64,000 nt of DNA, taken from Treponemataceae bacterium (lineage in GTDB: Bacteria > Spirochaetota > Spirochaetia > Treponematales > Rectinemataceae). Position 1 is the stretch's first letter, and each line of letters opens with the position of its first letter. A program made the translations under genes and the position numbers. Positions 26,897-36,609 of this stretch are shown piece by piece. The notes below the pieces were generated by a model. That model had not been told where the DNA came from. It saw only the letters and a list, made by a program, of their open reading frames with translations, and ran no database searches. Location: the NCBI GenBank assembly GCA_963667725.2, contig CAXXHO010000003.1, positions 1,120,001-1,184,000 on the forward strand, written 5' to 3'.

Positions 26897-27655
26897 ATGC
26901 GAATTCTTCTGACAAACGATGACGGCATCGACGCCGAAGGGCTCGATGTCCTTGAAAGCTATCTGAAAGCGGTGACCGCGAGCGATGGGAAAAAGCACGA
27001 AATTGTCGTCATCGCGCCCGAGGGTGAGCGTTCCGGCGTTTCCCACGCCATGACGCTGAGACGTCCGACTAAAGTGAAAAAACTCTCAGAGGGCATCTAC
27101 ACCTGTTCGGGTACGCCCGCGGACTGCGTCATCGTCGCCGGCCTCAAGGTCATGGACGGTATGCCCGATCTCGTGATCTCTGGGATAAACAGAGGCCCCA
27201 ATCTCGGCACCGATATTATCTATTCGGGGACATGCGGCGCCGCAAGGCAGGCTGCTCTCGTTGGAATCCCGGCCATTGCCGTTTCCTGCGCGAAATATCA
27301 GCCTCCGCTCGACTATCGCGCCTGCGCCGCCTTCGTCGCCAACAATCTCGATCAGCTTATCGCGGCCTGGAAGGCCAATAGTTTCATCAATGTCAACGGC
27401 CCGTCTTCGTCGGATGAAAGCCTATCCGCGCGCTGGACCGTCCCGGGTAGGAATAAATATTATGACAACCTGAAGTGCTTCGACGGCGCCGATGGCTATA
27501 CCTACTGCTTTCTGGCCGAGGGACGCAACGAAAGAGCCTTTGACCTCCAGTCGGACCATCATGCCGTATCCGAAGGCTTCATCGCCCTAAGTCTCGTGAA
27601 CATCCATCCGGAAGCCGCGCATCCGGCCGCGTGGAACGGTTCGGTTTTCTCCTGA
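26897..27655 (+). CDS. surE: 5'/3'-nucleotidase SurE
   Basis: MRILLTNDDG, GTPADCV, SGINRGPNLG...YSGT. Confidence 0.95.
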   Translation: MRILLTNDDGIDAEGLDVLESYLKAVTASDGKKHEIVVIAPEGERSGVSHAMTLRRPTKVKKLSEGIYTCSGTPADCVIVAGLKVMDGMPDLVISGINRGPNLGTDIIYSGTCGAARQAALVGIPAIAVSCAKYQPPLDYRACAAFVANNLDQLIAAWKANSFINVNGPSSSDESLSARWTVPGRNKYYDNLKCFDGADGYTYCFLAEGRNERAFDLQSDHHAVSEGFIALSLVNIHPEAAHPAAWNGSVFS

Positions 27656-27665
27656 TCAGGGAAAT

Positions 27666-27711
27666 AAAGCAGCGATGGCTCTTGACGCAATCCGCTGCTT
27701 TTATGTATAGT
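27666..27711 (+). promoter_or_regulatory. surE terminator-like inverted repeat overlapping the tRNA-Thr/Tyr promoter
   Basis: aaagcagcg (27666-27674) / cgctgcttt (27693-27701); TTGACG (27682-27687) - 18 nt - TATAGT (27706-27711). Confidence 0.6.
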
Positions 27712-27727
27712 CGGTCTCGTTGCCTGC

Positions 27728-27800
27728 GCCATCTTAGCTCAGCTGGCAGAGCACGTGACTTGTAATCTCGGGGTCCCCGGTTCGATTCCGGGAGATGGCT
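27728..27800 (+). tRNA. tRNA-Thr(TGT), CCA not encoded
   Basis: GCCATCT/AGATGGC acceptor stem, loop CTTGTAA, CCCGG-TTCGATT-CCGGG T arm. Confidence 0.94.
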
Positions 27801-27829
27801 CGAGGGGTGTTTCAGAAGTGCCCTGTTTT

Positions 27830-27912
27830 GGGGAGATTCCCGAGTGGTCAAAGGGGGCAGACTGTAAATCTGTTGGCTTACGCCTTCGAAGGTTCAAATC
27901 CTTCTCTCCCCA
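27830..27912 (+). tRNA. tRNA-Tyr(GTA), CCA not encoded
   Basis: GGGGAGA/TCTCCCC acceptor stem, GCAGA-CTGTAAA-TCTGT anticodon arm, long variable arm, GAAGG-TTCAAAT-CCTTC. Confidence 0.96.
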
Positions 27913-27941
27913 AAACCTCCTCTTACCGAGGAGGTTTTTTT
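27912..27941 (+). terminator. Intrinsic terminator after the tRNA pair
   Basis: aaaacctcctc-ttacc-gaggaggttttttt. Confidence 0.85.
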
Positions 27942-27982
27942 ATTGCTGGAAAAGCAGTAACCTGTATACTCGGAGCGCCATA

Positions 27983-28447
27983 GTGTTCGAAGAAGCCAAT
28001 CGGTGCGGATTGTCGTTTGAATGCAAAGAATGTTCGTTTTGCTGCACCGGCTCTCCCGGATACGTCTGGCTCGGCCAATCTGATATAGCCCATCTTTGTG
28101 AATACCTGGAAACGGACTTCGACTCATTCGTCAGGAAGTACTGCAAATATGTCGATGTGGAGAATGGAAGGGCGCTCAGCATAAGGGAAAAGGCAGGATA
28201 CGACTGTATCTTCCTCGATGCGGGAAAATGCTCCGTCTATGCCGCCAGACCCGTTCAATGCAGAACCTATCCTTTTTGGGAAGAAATCCTTGAATCCAGC
28301 GATGCCTGGGCGGCGGAAGCATCGTACTGTCCGGGGATAGGCAAGGGCGGCCTCGTCTCGCCAGAAAAAATCGCCGAACTTGTTCTTGAGCGGAGATCCA
28401 ATCCGCGGCGCTTGTTCCCGCAAAAAGGGAGCGAGGAGAGTCTATGA
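27983..28447 (+). CDS. YkgJ-family cysteine-cluster protein
   Basis: FECKECSFCC, DCIFLD..KCSVY.ARPVQCRTYPFW, CPGIG; GGAG then GTG at 27983 (start uncertain). Confidence 0.85.
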   Translation: MFEEANRCGLSFECKECSFCCTGSPGYVWLGQSDIAHLCEYLETDFDSFVRKYCKYVDVENGRALSIREKAGYDCIFLDAGKCSVYAARPVQCRTYPFWEEILESSDAWAAEASYCPGIGKGGLVSPEKIAELVLERRSNPRRLFPQKGSEESL

Positions 28448-29460
28448 TGAAGAAACCCGCGATACGGACCGGCCTTGTCATACTCGCCGCCGCCCTTCTC
28501 GTGATTGTCATTCTCGCGCTTACGTTTTCAGGGTCGGGCGGCGGCGCGGGCGCTGCCGAAAAGGTCCTGCGCATCGCGAAAGGTTCTACGGCGAGCGAAG
28601 TGGCTTCCGTGCTGCAGAGGGAACAGCTTATCCAGAACCGATTGCTGTTCCAGCTCTATCTCAGGATTACGGGAACCGACAGAAAGCTTAAGGCCGGAAC
28701 GTATAAAATTGTCCAAGGCGCCGGCATTCCCGCCATCGTCGCTGCCTTGACCGAGGGCAGGACCGTGCAGATTCAGGTGACGATACCGGAAGGTTCTACA
28801 TCCCGAGTCATAGCCGGCATCCTTGAGAAGGCCGGCGTATGCAGCAAGGATGGCTTTTTAGCCGCCGTCGGCAATCCGGCCCTGGTCGCTCAAGTCGGGA
28901 TACCCGCTTCGAGCCTCGAGGGTTTTCTCTTCCCCGACACCTACCTTTTCTCGGAGAACAGCGATCCTGAGCTGATTGCCCACGTCATGGCCCAGACGTT
29001 TTTCACAAAGCTCGAAAAAATCCGTTCAGGCAGAAAAATCGACCCGGCGAAACTCTACGAAGAGGTGATTCTCGCTTCGATTGTCGAGCGCGAATACGGC
29101 ATCGAATCGGAGGCAGGCCTCATCGCGTCGGTTTTCAAGAACAGGCTTAAAATCAATATGGCGCTTCAATCCTGCGCCACGATCGTCTACATCATCACGG
29201 AAAAACAACTGAAGCCGCATCCGCGAGTCGTCTATTACGCCGATCTGGAAATACCCGATCCTTACAACAGCTATATCCACCGCGGACTTCCTCCCGGTCC
29301 GATATCCAATCCGGGCGAAACGGCGCTGCGCGCCGTATTCAACAGCCCGCAAAGTGATTATCTTTATTTCAGGGTCACGGGGAACTCCGAAGGAACGCAT
29401 AAATTTTCTAAAACCTTCGAGGAACATACCGGTGAAGTGATACCGGTCAAAGGATTCTGA
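28444..29460 (+). CDS. mltG: Endolytic transglycosylase MltG
   Basis: N-terminal TM, VTIPEG, EGFLFPDTY, LASIVERE, GLPPGPISNPG. Confidence 0.93.
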   Translation: MMKKPAIRTGLVILAAALLVIVILALTFSGSGGGAGAAEKVLRIAKGSTASEVASVLQREQLIQNRLLFQLYLRITGTDRKLKAGTYKIVQGAGIPAIVAALTEGRTVQIQVTIPEGSTSRVIAGILEKAGVCSKDGFLAAVGNPALVAQVGIPASSLEGFLFPDTYLFSENSDPELIAHVMAQTFFTKLEKIRSGRKIDPAKLYEEVILASIVEREYGIESEAGLIASVFKNRLKINMALQSCATIVYIITEKQLKPHPRVVYYADLEIPDPYNSYIHRGLPPGPISNPGETALRAVFNSPQSDYLYFRVTGNSEGTHKFSKTFEEHTGEVIPVKGF

Positions 29461-29466
29461 AGAGCG

Positions 29467-31296
29467 ATGAGCAGACTACCGGAAACATTGATCCAGGAAA
29501 TCCTCGATAAAACGAACTATCTCACCGTTTTTCAGGAAAAAGTAAGGCTGGCGAAAAAAGGCGGCAAATGGTGGGGGCTGTGTCCCTTCCATTCCGAAAA
29601 GACTCCTTCTTTTTCCGTCGATGCCGAGCGGGGGCTTTATTACTGTTTTGGATGCCAAAAAGGCGGATCCCTGATCGATTTCCTTATGGAAACGGACAAG
29701 CTTTCCTTTCCAGAAGCCGTCGGCGAACTCGCCGAACGCGCCCATGTCGCCTTGCCTGTGGATAATTCCTTCTCTGACAAGGAAGAATCGGAACGCAGCC
29801 AGCTTTATGCGCTCTATGAAAAATTGGCGATAGCCTTCCATTGGCTTCTGCGCGAGCACGATTCTGGCGCCGAGGCTCTGAGAATACTCACGAAGCGAAA
29901 AATACCAAGCGAACTTATAGACTCTTTCAGGTTAGGCTACGCGCCGGCCGACCCTGCCTGGCTTCATCGATTCCTCGTCGGCAAAGGTTTCTCTCCGGAA
30001 TTTCTCGAGAGAACAGGCTTTTTCTCTGCGCGCAACAAACGATATCCCCTGTTCTGCGATCGCATCATGTTCCCGATAGCCGATCAGCGGGGAAGGGTAA
30101 TCGCCTTTGGCGGAAGGCTTATCCACGGTGACGGACCCAAGTACATTAACAGCCCGGACACGGCCATTTTTCACAAACAGGAAAATCTCTTCGCTTTTGA
30201 CAAGGCGCTGCCCGCCATCAAGGAAAAAAATTCGGCGCTCATATGCGAAGGCTACATGGACGCCTTGTCATTTCACGCGGCGGGAATCAGGAATGCCGTG
30301 GCTCCGTTGGGGACGGCATTCACGACGAAACAGGCCGCGCTCATACGACGGAGGGCCGAACGCGTGTCCCTCTGCTTCGATTCGGATGACGCGGGAAAGA
30401 AGGCCGCGGAGAGAGCTTGTTCAGTCGCGGGCGGCACCGGTCTCGATACCAGCGTAGTCCTGATGTCAGAAGGAAAAGACGCATCCGAAATTCTGGAGAA
30501 TTTTGGAGCCGACGCATTGAAAAAGGTTGCGGAATACAGTATAAATAGCGGAGATTTCCTTATTCGAAGAGCAGAAGAGCTTTTCGATCTGGGATCCATG
30601 GATGGCAAATCCAAGGCATCGGTGTTTTTCTATCCGTACCTTGACGCTCTGGATTCAGAGGTAAAGCGCAACGGTTTCCTTGATATCGTGGGCCGCAGGA
30701 TGGGAATCAACCCAAGCGGACTGTTGACGGATTATCTGAAGGCTAAGGCTATAGACGGCAACCAAGCCTTCCGGAACGGAAAAGATGATTCCGTTCCTCG
30801 CCGAACCGGAAATTTTGGGGCGAGAACAGCCGACCTTTTTTTCATGACGGCCGTCGTCCTGTTTCCTGAGGCTTTTTCGCAGGTAAAAGAATCGATACGT
30901 TCCGACGACCTGGACGATCCGCGTGCCCGGGATCTTTTTTTCGCTCTCGAGGAAGCATCCATTCGCGATGCAAAGGAGACCACCTCGATTCTCTCCTTAA
31001 CAAACGATGACGCCGCAAAACGCTTTGTCCTTGCCGTTGCGGCATCCGGTGAGCTGGATCAGGGGCTGGAAACCGTCATAAGCGACGGGATAAAGTCTGT
31101 CCAGATCCGATCGCTGGAAAGGAAACGAATGCGCCTAATCGCGGAAATTGGCCGTACATCGCAAAAAAACGGCGATGCTTCGTTAATGGCGGAGACCTCT
31201 TCTGCCGAAATTCAGGAAACCGTGGTTGATCTGTTGAAAAAAAAGATGCAACTTGATGTTAAAATCGCACGTTTAAAAGGTGAAGTCGATGAGTGA
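29467..31296 (+). CDS. dnaG: DNA primase
   Basis: [11 protein letters not shown]...CFGC Zn finger, [20 protein letters not shown]. Confidence 0.96.
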   Translation: MSRLPETLIQEILDKTNYLTVFQEKVRLAKKGGKWWGLCPFHSEKTPSFSVDAERGLYYCFGCQKGGSLIDFLMETDKLSFPEAVGELAERAHVALPVDNSFSDKEESERSQLYALYEKLAIAFHWLLREHDSGAEALRILTKRKIPSELIDSFRLGYAPADPAWLHRFLVGKGFSPEFLERTGFFSARNKRYPLFCDRIMFPIADQRGRVIAFGGRLIHGDGPKYINSPDTAIFHKQENLFAFDKALPAIKEKNSALICEGYMDALSFHAAGIRNAVAPLGTAFTTKQAALIRRRAERVSLCFDSDDAGKKAAERACSVAGGTGLDTSVVLMSEGKDASEILENFGADALKKVAEYSINSGDFLIRRAEELFDLGSMDGKSKASVFFYPYLDALDSEVKRNGFLDIVGRRMGINPSGLLTDYLKAKAIDGNQAFRNGKDDSVPRRTGNFGARTADLFFMTAVVLFPEAFSQVKESIRSDDLDDPRARDLFFALEEASIRDAKETTSILSLTNDDAAKRFVLAVAASGELDQGLETVISDGIKSVQIRSLERKRMRLIAEIGRTSQKNGDASLMAETSSAEIQETVVDLLKKKMQLDVKIARLKGEVDE

Positions 31297-33013
31297 TGTA
31301 GAACTCGACCCCGCCATCGCGAAGCTGCTCGAATACGCGAAAGAAAAAAAGTCCATCAGCTTCGATGAACTCTCTGATTTTCTTCCTGAGTCTGTTCTAA
31401 ATTCCGAGAAGATAGATTCGATCCTCGCCCTGCTGGAAGCCAACAACATCCAGCTGGAAGAAGAGGATATCCAGATCGAAGACGAGCAGACGCTCAAGAA
31501 GGAACTGGAGAACAAGCGTCTGGTCAACAACTCGAAGGAATCGGGCAGCGACGACCCCATACGCCTCTATCTTTACGAGATAGGTAAGGAACATCTGCTC
31601 ACGGCGGATCAGGAAGTCGAACTTTCCAAGATGATGGAGGAAGGCGAAGAGATAATCAAAGCCATACTCCGCAGGTCCGGCATGCTCATTCCCGAGTTCT
31701 ACCAGCTCACCGTCAAGGCTTTGCGCAAGGAAGCGAAAGACTCCACGGGGCAGCGCAAGGAAAATACGGAAAAGATCGCGGAGCGCAGGAGACTTAATCA
31801 GTTCTACCGCGATGTCATACGCGACAATCTCGCCGACCTCCGCGATTATGTGGATCTTAAGAAGAAAATCCTTGCCAAGGGCGGGGATATATTCACCGAA
31901 GGCGATCTCGTAAAAAAAAGAGAAGTGCTTCTCGAAAAGATCAAGGATACGGAGATACACCCCGAGGAAATCGGCTCTTTCTCCGAAAAATTCATAAACG
32001 CCGCCAAGAAGATCAACAAGTACCGACGCGAGCAGGACAGGATCCAGCGCATTCTTCAGATATCGTCGATGCGCGATATCAGGGTTCTCGGAAGAAACCT
32101 GACCATCAAGGAAAAGCGGGAGGCCATAGAGGAACAGCTGGGCCTGCCTTCCGAGGATATCAAGGAAAAAATCCGCCAGCTCCAGGTTACCGAGAAGAAG
32201 CTGAAGGAACTGGAAGCGGCTTTTGAGGCCGAATGCGATCAGATCATCTCCATGGCAAGGGACATAAACCGCGGCCGGAAAATGATGAAAAGCGCCAAGG
32301 ACAGGCTTATTAAGGCCAACCTCAGGCTTGTCGTCTCGATCGCCAAGAAATACACGAACAGGGGCCTGCACTTCTTCGACCTCGTCCAGGAAGGCAATAT
32401 CGGCCTTATAAAAGCGGTTGAGAAATTCGAGTACCGCAAGGGCTACAAGTTCTCCACCTACGCCACATGGTGGATACGGCAGGCCATCACGCGATCCATA
32501 TCGGATCAAGCCCGCACCATACGCGTTCCCGTCCACATGATCGAGCAGATCAATAAGGTAGTGAGGGAGTCGCGGCAGCTTATGCAGAAGCTTGGGCGCG
32601 AACCGACCGACGACGAGATCGCCGAGCAGCTGGGTTGGCCCGTTTCGCGCGTAAAGAGCGTCAAGAATGTAGCGCGCGAGCCAATTTCTCTCGAAACGCC
32701 CATAGGCGAGGACGAAGACTCGCTTCTCGGCGATTTCATAGAAGACAAGGAAATCGAGAATCCTTCGATCCAGACCGATTATAAGCTGCTCCAGGAACAG
32801 ATTAAGATGGTCCTTTCCACGCTTCCCCCGCGAGAGCAGGAAGTGCTGAGGATGCGCTTCGGCCTGGACGACGGCTACTCGCTCACGCTTGAGGAAGTCG
32901 GTCTCTACTTCAACGTTACACGGGAACGTATTCGCCAGATAGAAGCGAAGGCGTTGAAGAAACTGCGCCATTTCAAGCGGAGTCAGAAACTTCGCGATTA
33001 TATGGATCATTGA
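31289..33013 (+). CDS. rpoD: RNA polymerase primary sigma factor
   Basis: [53 protein letters not shown]. Confidence 0.97.
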   Translation: MSDVELDPAIAKLLEYAKEKKSISFDELSDFLPESVLNSEKIDSILALLEANNIQLEEEDIQIEDEQTLKKELENKRLVNNSKESGSDDPIRLYLYEIGKEHLLTADQEVELSKMMEEGEEIIKAILRRSGMLIPEFYQLTVKALRKEAKDSTGQRKENTEKIAERRRLNQFYRDVIRDNLADLRDYVDLKKKILAKGGDIFTEGDLVKKREVLLEKIKDTEIHPEEIGSFSEKFINAAKKINKYRREQDRIQRILQISSMRDIRVLGRNLTIKEKREAIEEQLGLPSEDIKEKIRQLQVTEKKLKELEAAFEAECDQIISMARDINRGRKMMKSAKDRLIKANLRLVVSIAKKYTNRGLHFFDLVQEGNIGLIKAVEKFEYRKGYKFSTYATWWIRQAITRSISDQARTIRVPVHMIEQINKVVRESRQLMQKLGREPTDDEIAEQLGWPVSRVKSVKNVAREPISLETPIGEDEDSLLGDFIEDKEIENPSIQTDYKLLQEQIKMVLSTLPPREQEVLRMRFGLDDGYSLTLEEVGLYFNVTRERIRQIEAKALKKLRHFKRSQKLRDYMDH

Positions 33014-33028
33014 TAGGGGTGTACGAGC

Positions 33029-33961
33029 ATGACTACAGTCGAAATGTTGGAAAAGCTGAAAACATACCAGGAAATTCTCAGCGAGCGAGTGGCGCTGGAG
33101 GAAGAGATCGATCTTCTGCCTAAGACCATCGAGGCTCAGAATGAAATGCTTTCGCGCCTCAAGAAATCCTTTGTCGAAAAGGATGAAGCATTCAAGAATT
33201 CCGAAGAGAGAGTTCGCGAACTCAGGCAGGGGTTGCAGGAAGCGGAGATGTTGCGCGAAAAGTCCGAACAGCAGATGGACGGCATCACGACGCAGCGCGA
33301 GTACGAGGCCATAAATAAGGAAATTCGCGACGCCACGGAGAAGGAGCAGACCCTTCGCAAGGATATCCAGCAGGAAGAGCGGACCTTCGCGGAGATCGAG
33401 GAAGAACTCCAGAAAACCGAGGGCGGCATCGCCATGCTCGAGCAGGAAATCGCCGAGAAGAGCAAGGCGATAGAGAACGAAAAAGAAAGCAAGCTCGCCA
33501 ACATCAAGGACCTCAAGGAAAGGGAAACCGTCATATCAGAAGGAATAAGCACCGATATTCTCTTCAAGCTCGAGCGAATCATTCGCAACAAGAAGGGTGT
33601 GGGTGTCGTGCCTGTCCACGGCGTTGTCTGTACCGGTTGCCATATGATCCTGCCCGCCAATTTTGTCAATGAAATCAGGGATGAGGAAAACACCCGCGTC
33701 AACTTCTGCCCTTACTGCTCCCGCATACTGTTTTTCGAGGAAACCGACGAAATACCCGAATTCATTGGCGACATCGAGTCCGGTTCGCTTGCCGATCTCG
33801 CCGATTATTCGGAAGAGGGTGAAGAAGAATCCGAAGCCGACGAAGAGGACGACCAGCAGGACAAGGACGATCAGGACAAGGAATTTTCGGCACCCAGGAA
33901 ATCAGGGGGCAGGAAAAGCTCCTTCTCCAGGGAAGAGTTTTCGGAAGAAGCGGACGAATAA
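33029..33961 (+). CDS. Coiled-coil/C4 zinc-ribbon protein (DUF164, CT398/HP0958-like) with an acidic tail
   Basis: Long coiled coil followed by CTGC...CPYCSRIL. Confidence 0.85.
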   Translation: MTTVEMLEKLKTYQEILSERVALEEEIDLLPKTIEAQNEMLSRLKKSFVEKDEAFKNSEERVRELRQGLQEAEMLREKSEQQMDGITTQREYEAINKEIRDATEKEQTLRKDIQQEERTFAEIEEELQKTEGGIAMLEQEIAEKSKAIENEKESKLANIKDLKERETVISEGISTDILFKLERIIRNKKGVGVVPVHGVVCTGCHMILPANFVNEIRDEENTRVNFCPYCSRILFFEETDEIPEFIGDIESGSLADLADYSEEGEEESEADEEDDQQDKDDQDKEFSAPRKSGGRKSSFSREEFSEEADE

Positions 33962-34008
33962 CGTAAAAAAGTTTATCCTTTATACGAGCTGATTGTTGTG
34001 AATTATAG

Positions 34009-34438
34009 GAGCGAGCCGCGCTGCCGCGACTGATCGAAAGATTCGTCGAGGAAAGTCCGGGCTCAAGCGGGCGCGATGCCGGATAACGTCCGGGACGGTA
34101 ACGGACCGATGACATGCCCTCGTGCTGGGCGCAAGCCGAGCGTGAGGGGGCATGGCGTCAAGGCTGTTGCCGGACAGAGAGTGCCACAGAAAATAAACCG
34201 CCAGTAATGGTAAGGGTGAAAAGGTGGGGTAAGAGCCCACCGCATGCCCGGCAACGGACATGGCATGGCAAACCTCATCGTGAGCAAGGCCGAACAGCGG
34301 TGGATGGCCCATCCTGCCGCGCGAAAGCGCGGCGAAACCGCGGGTTGGTCGCTCGACATCGAGCGGTGACGCTGGATGCAGAGGGATGGCAGCGACGCGG
34401 GATTTCCCGCGCACAGAACCCGGCTTATAGGCTCGCTC
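34009..34438 (+). ncRNA. rnpB: RNase P RNA, bacterial type A
   Basis: P1 gagcgagcc/ggctcgctc; GAGGAAAGTCCGGGC; AGTGCCACAGAAA; GGGTGAAA..GGTAAGAGC; GGCAAACC; GAGCAAG; ACAGAACCCGGCTTA; poly-T downstream. Confidence 0.96.
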
Positions 34439-34570
34439 TTTTTTTATTTTTTTGCATTTCGACGATCAATCAGCTTGTTCGATCTTTCATCGGACGTGAA
34501 TCTTACATTATACTATCGCGGTCCGCATAATTGTTTTAAGACAGTACGGCTTATCTGGGGTTTGCCTTAT

Positions 34571-35545
34571 ATGAAAAACAGCACACACCCTTCCTGGTGG
34601 TCTAGAAAATTTACGATCGGTCACGGAAACCGACTGATTCCGGGCGCTATAGCCATTATAGTTATCCTTAGCTTACTAGCCGGGTTCTATTTCCTGGTTT
34701 TCGGCTTCGAAGAAAAAAAGTCGGCTAACCTCAGCGACGCACAATCCTTTTCAAAAACCAAGATCCTGGAAACATGGAGTTCTGGCGATAAACTTCACAC
34801 TTTGGAGATGACCCGCGCTTCCCTGAACCTGCTTCCCCTTGACCCCTTCTACCTGAGTTTTAATGGAATCGCGGCATATTATATGTCCTCAGAAAAGCCG
34901 GAGGGCGACGAGAAACAAAGCCTGCTTGATGAAGCGGTATTCAGCCTAAGAAAAGCCATAGCTTCGGGCGGAAAGCTCCCGGTCAAGGCTCAGGTGGAAT
35001 ATGTCCTGGGTAAAGCGTATTTTCAGAAGGGATTGCCTTGGTATGATCTGGCCGCAAAATACCTCGCCCAATCCAAAGAAGATGGCTACGCGGGCAAGGA
35101 TTCTGAACAATACCTCGGATTGAGCTACGCAGGGCTCCAGAATCACGAATTGGCCGTGAAGCATTTTGAAACGGCGCTCCAGCAGGAGCCGAGCGATGTA
35201 TTGATGCTATCCGCGGCTATAAGCTATAAAGAATTAGGCAATGTTGAGAAGATGTCGGAATTGCTGTCAAAGGCAGTTGCCACTGCTTCCGATGCCTTGA
35301 TAGTTCAGCGCGCGCGTTTTATGCTCGGCGATACGGCCATGAGCAACGGCGAGATCGCAAAGGCCGGAACGCTGTATCAGTCGATCGTCGATACCGACCC
35401 CCGCTCCGCGGAAGGATGGTACAGGCTCGGGCTCGTATTCGAAGCCCAGAAGGATCCGATCAAGGCCCGTGCCGCCTGGCGCAAGGCCACCTCGATCGAT
35501 CCAAATCATATTGAGGCGAGGAAGAAGCTTGCCGAGCGACTATAG
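34571..35545 (+). CDS. Membrane-anchored tetratricopeptide repeat protein
   Basis: N-terminal TM; TPR-like repeats (YVLGKAYF, YLGLSYA, WYRLGLVF...AWRKA..IDPNH). Confidence 0.8.
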   Translation: MKNSTHPSWWSRKFTIGHGNRLIPGAIAIIVILSLLAGFYFLVFGFEEKKSANLSDAQSFSKTKILETWSSGDKLHTLEMTRASLNLLPLDPFYLSFNGIAAYYMSSEKPEGDEKQSLLDEAVFSLRKAIASGGKLPVKAQVEYVLGKAYFQKGLPWYDLAAKYLAQSKEDGYAGKDSEQYLGLSYAGLQNHELAVKHFETALQQEPSDVLMLSAAISYKELGNVEKMSELLSKAVATASDALIVQRARFMLGDTAMSNGEIAKAGTLYQSIVDTDPRSAEGWYRLGLVFEAQKDPIKARAAWRKATSIDPNHIEARKKLAERL

Positions 35546-35551
35546 GGAGGA

Positions 35552-36598
35552 ATGATGGCGGTAAAGAAATTATTTGAATCCTTTTCGCAAGACATCGGAA
35601 TAGATCTGGGTACCTGCAACACCCTTATATATATTCGCGGGAAGGGAATCGTCTTGGATGAGCCTTCCGTCGTCGCCGTGGAGAAGGGAACCAGCCGCTT
35701 GGTAGCGGTAGGCACGGAGGCGAAAGGCATGCTGTCGCGCACGCCCAGAGATATCATCGCCAAAAGGCCTTTGCGGGACGGCGTGATTGCCGACCCCGAC
35801 CTCACGGAAAAAATGATCAAGTATTTCATTCAGAAGGTCGTTCCGAAGAATTGGTTTTTCAAGCCGAGAATTGTCATCGGCGTTCCTTCCTGCATTACCA
35901 AGGTCGAGGAGAACGCCGTCATCGATTCAGCCTATAAGGCCGGCGCCAGAACGGTCAAGGTAATCCCCGAATCGCTCGCCGCCGCTATCGGCGCGGGAAT
36001 TCCGATTGTCGAGCCGGCCGGGCATATGATCTGCGATATCGGCGGCGGCACGACGGAGATCTCTGTCATTTCCCTGAAAGGCATGGTAGTCACCAGGGCG
36101 ATCAGGGTCGGCGGGGATGAATTCGATGAAGCGATAATGCGCCACATAAGAAATGTCCATAATCTTATAATCGGTGATCAGACAGCCGAGCGGCTGAAGA
36201 TGGAAATTGGCAACGCGAGTCCCGAGAGGACCATCGAAAAGGTGGAGATAAAGGGAAATGACGCCATTACCGGTCTACCGCGTCGCTTTGAAGTGGATTC
36301 CGTGGAGATCCGCGAGGCTCTCATGCCCTCCATCTCCCTCATCGTCGAGGAAGTCAAGAAGACCTTGAGCGAGACTCCCCCCGAACTGGCCGCCGATATC
36401 GTAGAACGCGGTATCGTGATGTCGGGAGGCGGCGCTCTGCTGAAAGGCCTACCCAAGCTGATCGCCAAGGAAACCGGCGTACCGGTGATTCTCGCGGAAA
36501 AACCGCTGGAGTGCGTGGCTATCGGCGCGGGCAAATATTTCGAGACCATGAATAGCAGGGAAGGCGCCGAAAGCGTGTATGAGAGCCTCAATCTTTAG
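35552..36598 (+). CDS. mreB: Rod shape-determining protein MreB
   Basis: IGIDLGTCNT, EPSVVA, PLRDGVIAD, DIGGGTTE, SGGGALL. Confidence 0.96.
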   Translation: MMAVKKLFESFSQDIGIDLGTCNTLIYIRGKGIVLDEPSVVAVEKGTSRLVAVGTEAKGMLSRTPRDIIAKRPLRDGVIADPDLTEKMIKYFIQKVVPKNWFFKPRIVIGVPSCITKVEENAVIDSAYKAGARTVKVIPESLAAAIGAGIPIVEPAGHMICDIGGGTTEISVISLKGMVVTRAIRVGGDEFDEAIMRHIRNVHNLIIGDQTAERLKMEIGNASPERTIEKVEIKGNDAITGLPRRFEVDSVEIREALMPSISLIVEEVKKTLSETPPELAADIVERGIVMSGGGALLKGLPKLIAKETGVPVILAEKPLECVAIGAGKYFETMNSREGAESVYESLNL

Positions 36599-36609
36599 GA
36601 GACAAGCCA

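Noticed and set aside
27755..27982. N-terminal part of the 230-aa ORF upstream of the YkgJ domain
   Set aside because: Runs through tRNA-Thr, tRNA-Tyr and their terminator; the real start is near 27983
31397..33010. 537-aa ORF antisense to rpoD
   Set aside because: Shadow of strong codon bias in a conserved gene; no motifs or RBS; similar shadows occur over rpsB, tsf, rpsA and dnaB
33980..34570. Several short ORFs and the 5' extension of the TPR ORF
   Set aside because: They overlap the RNase P RNA gene
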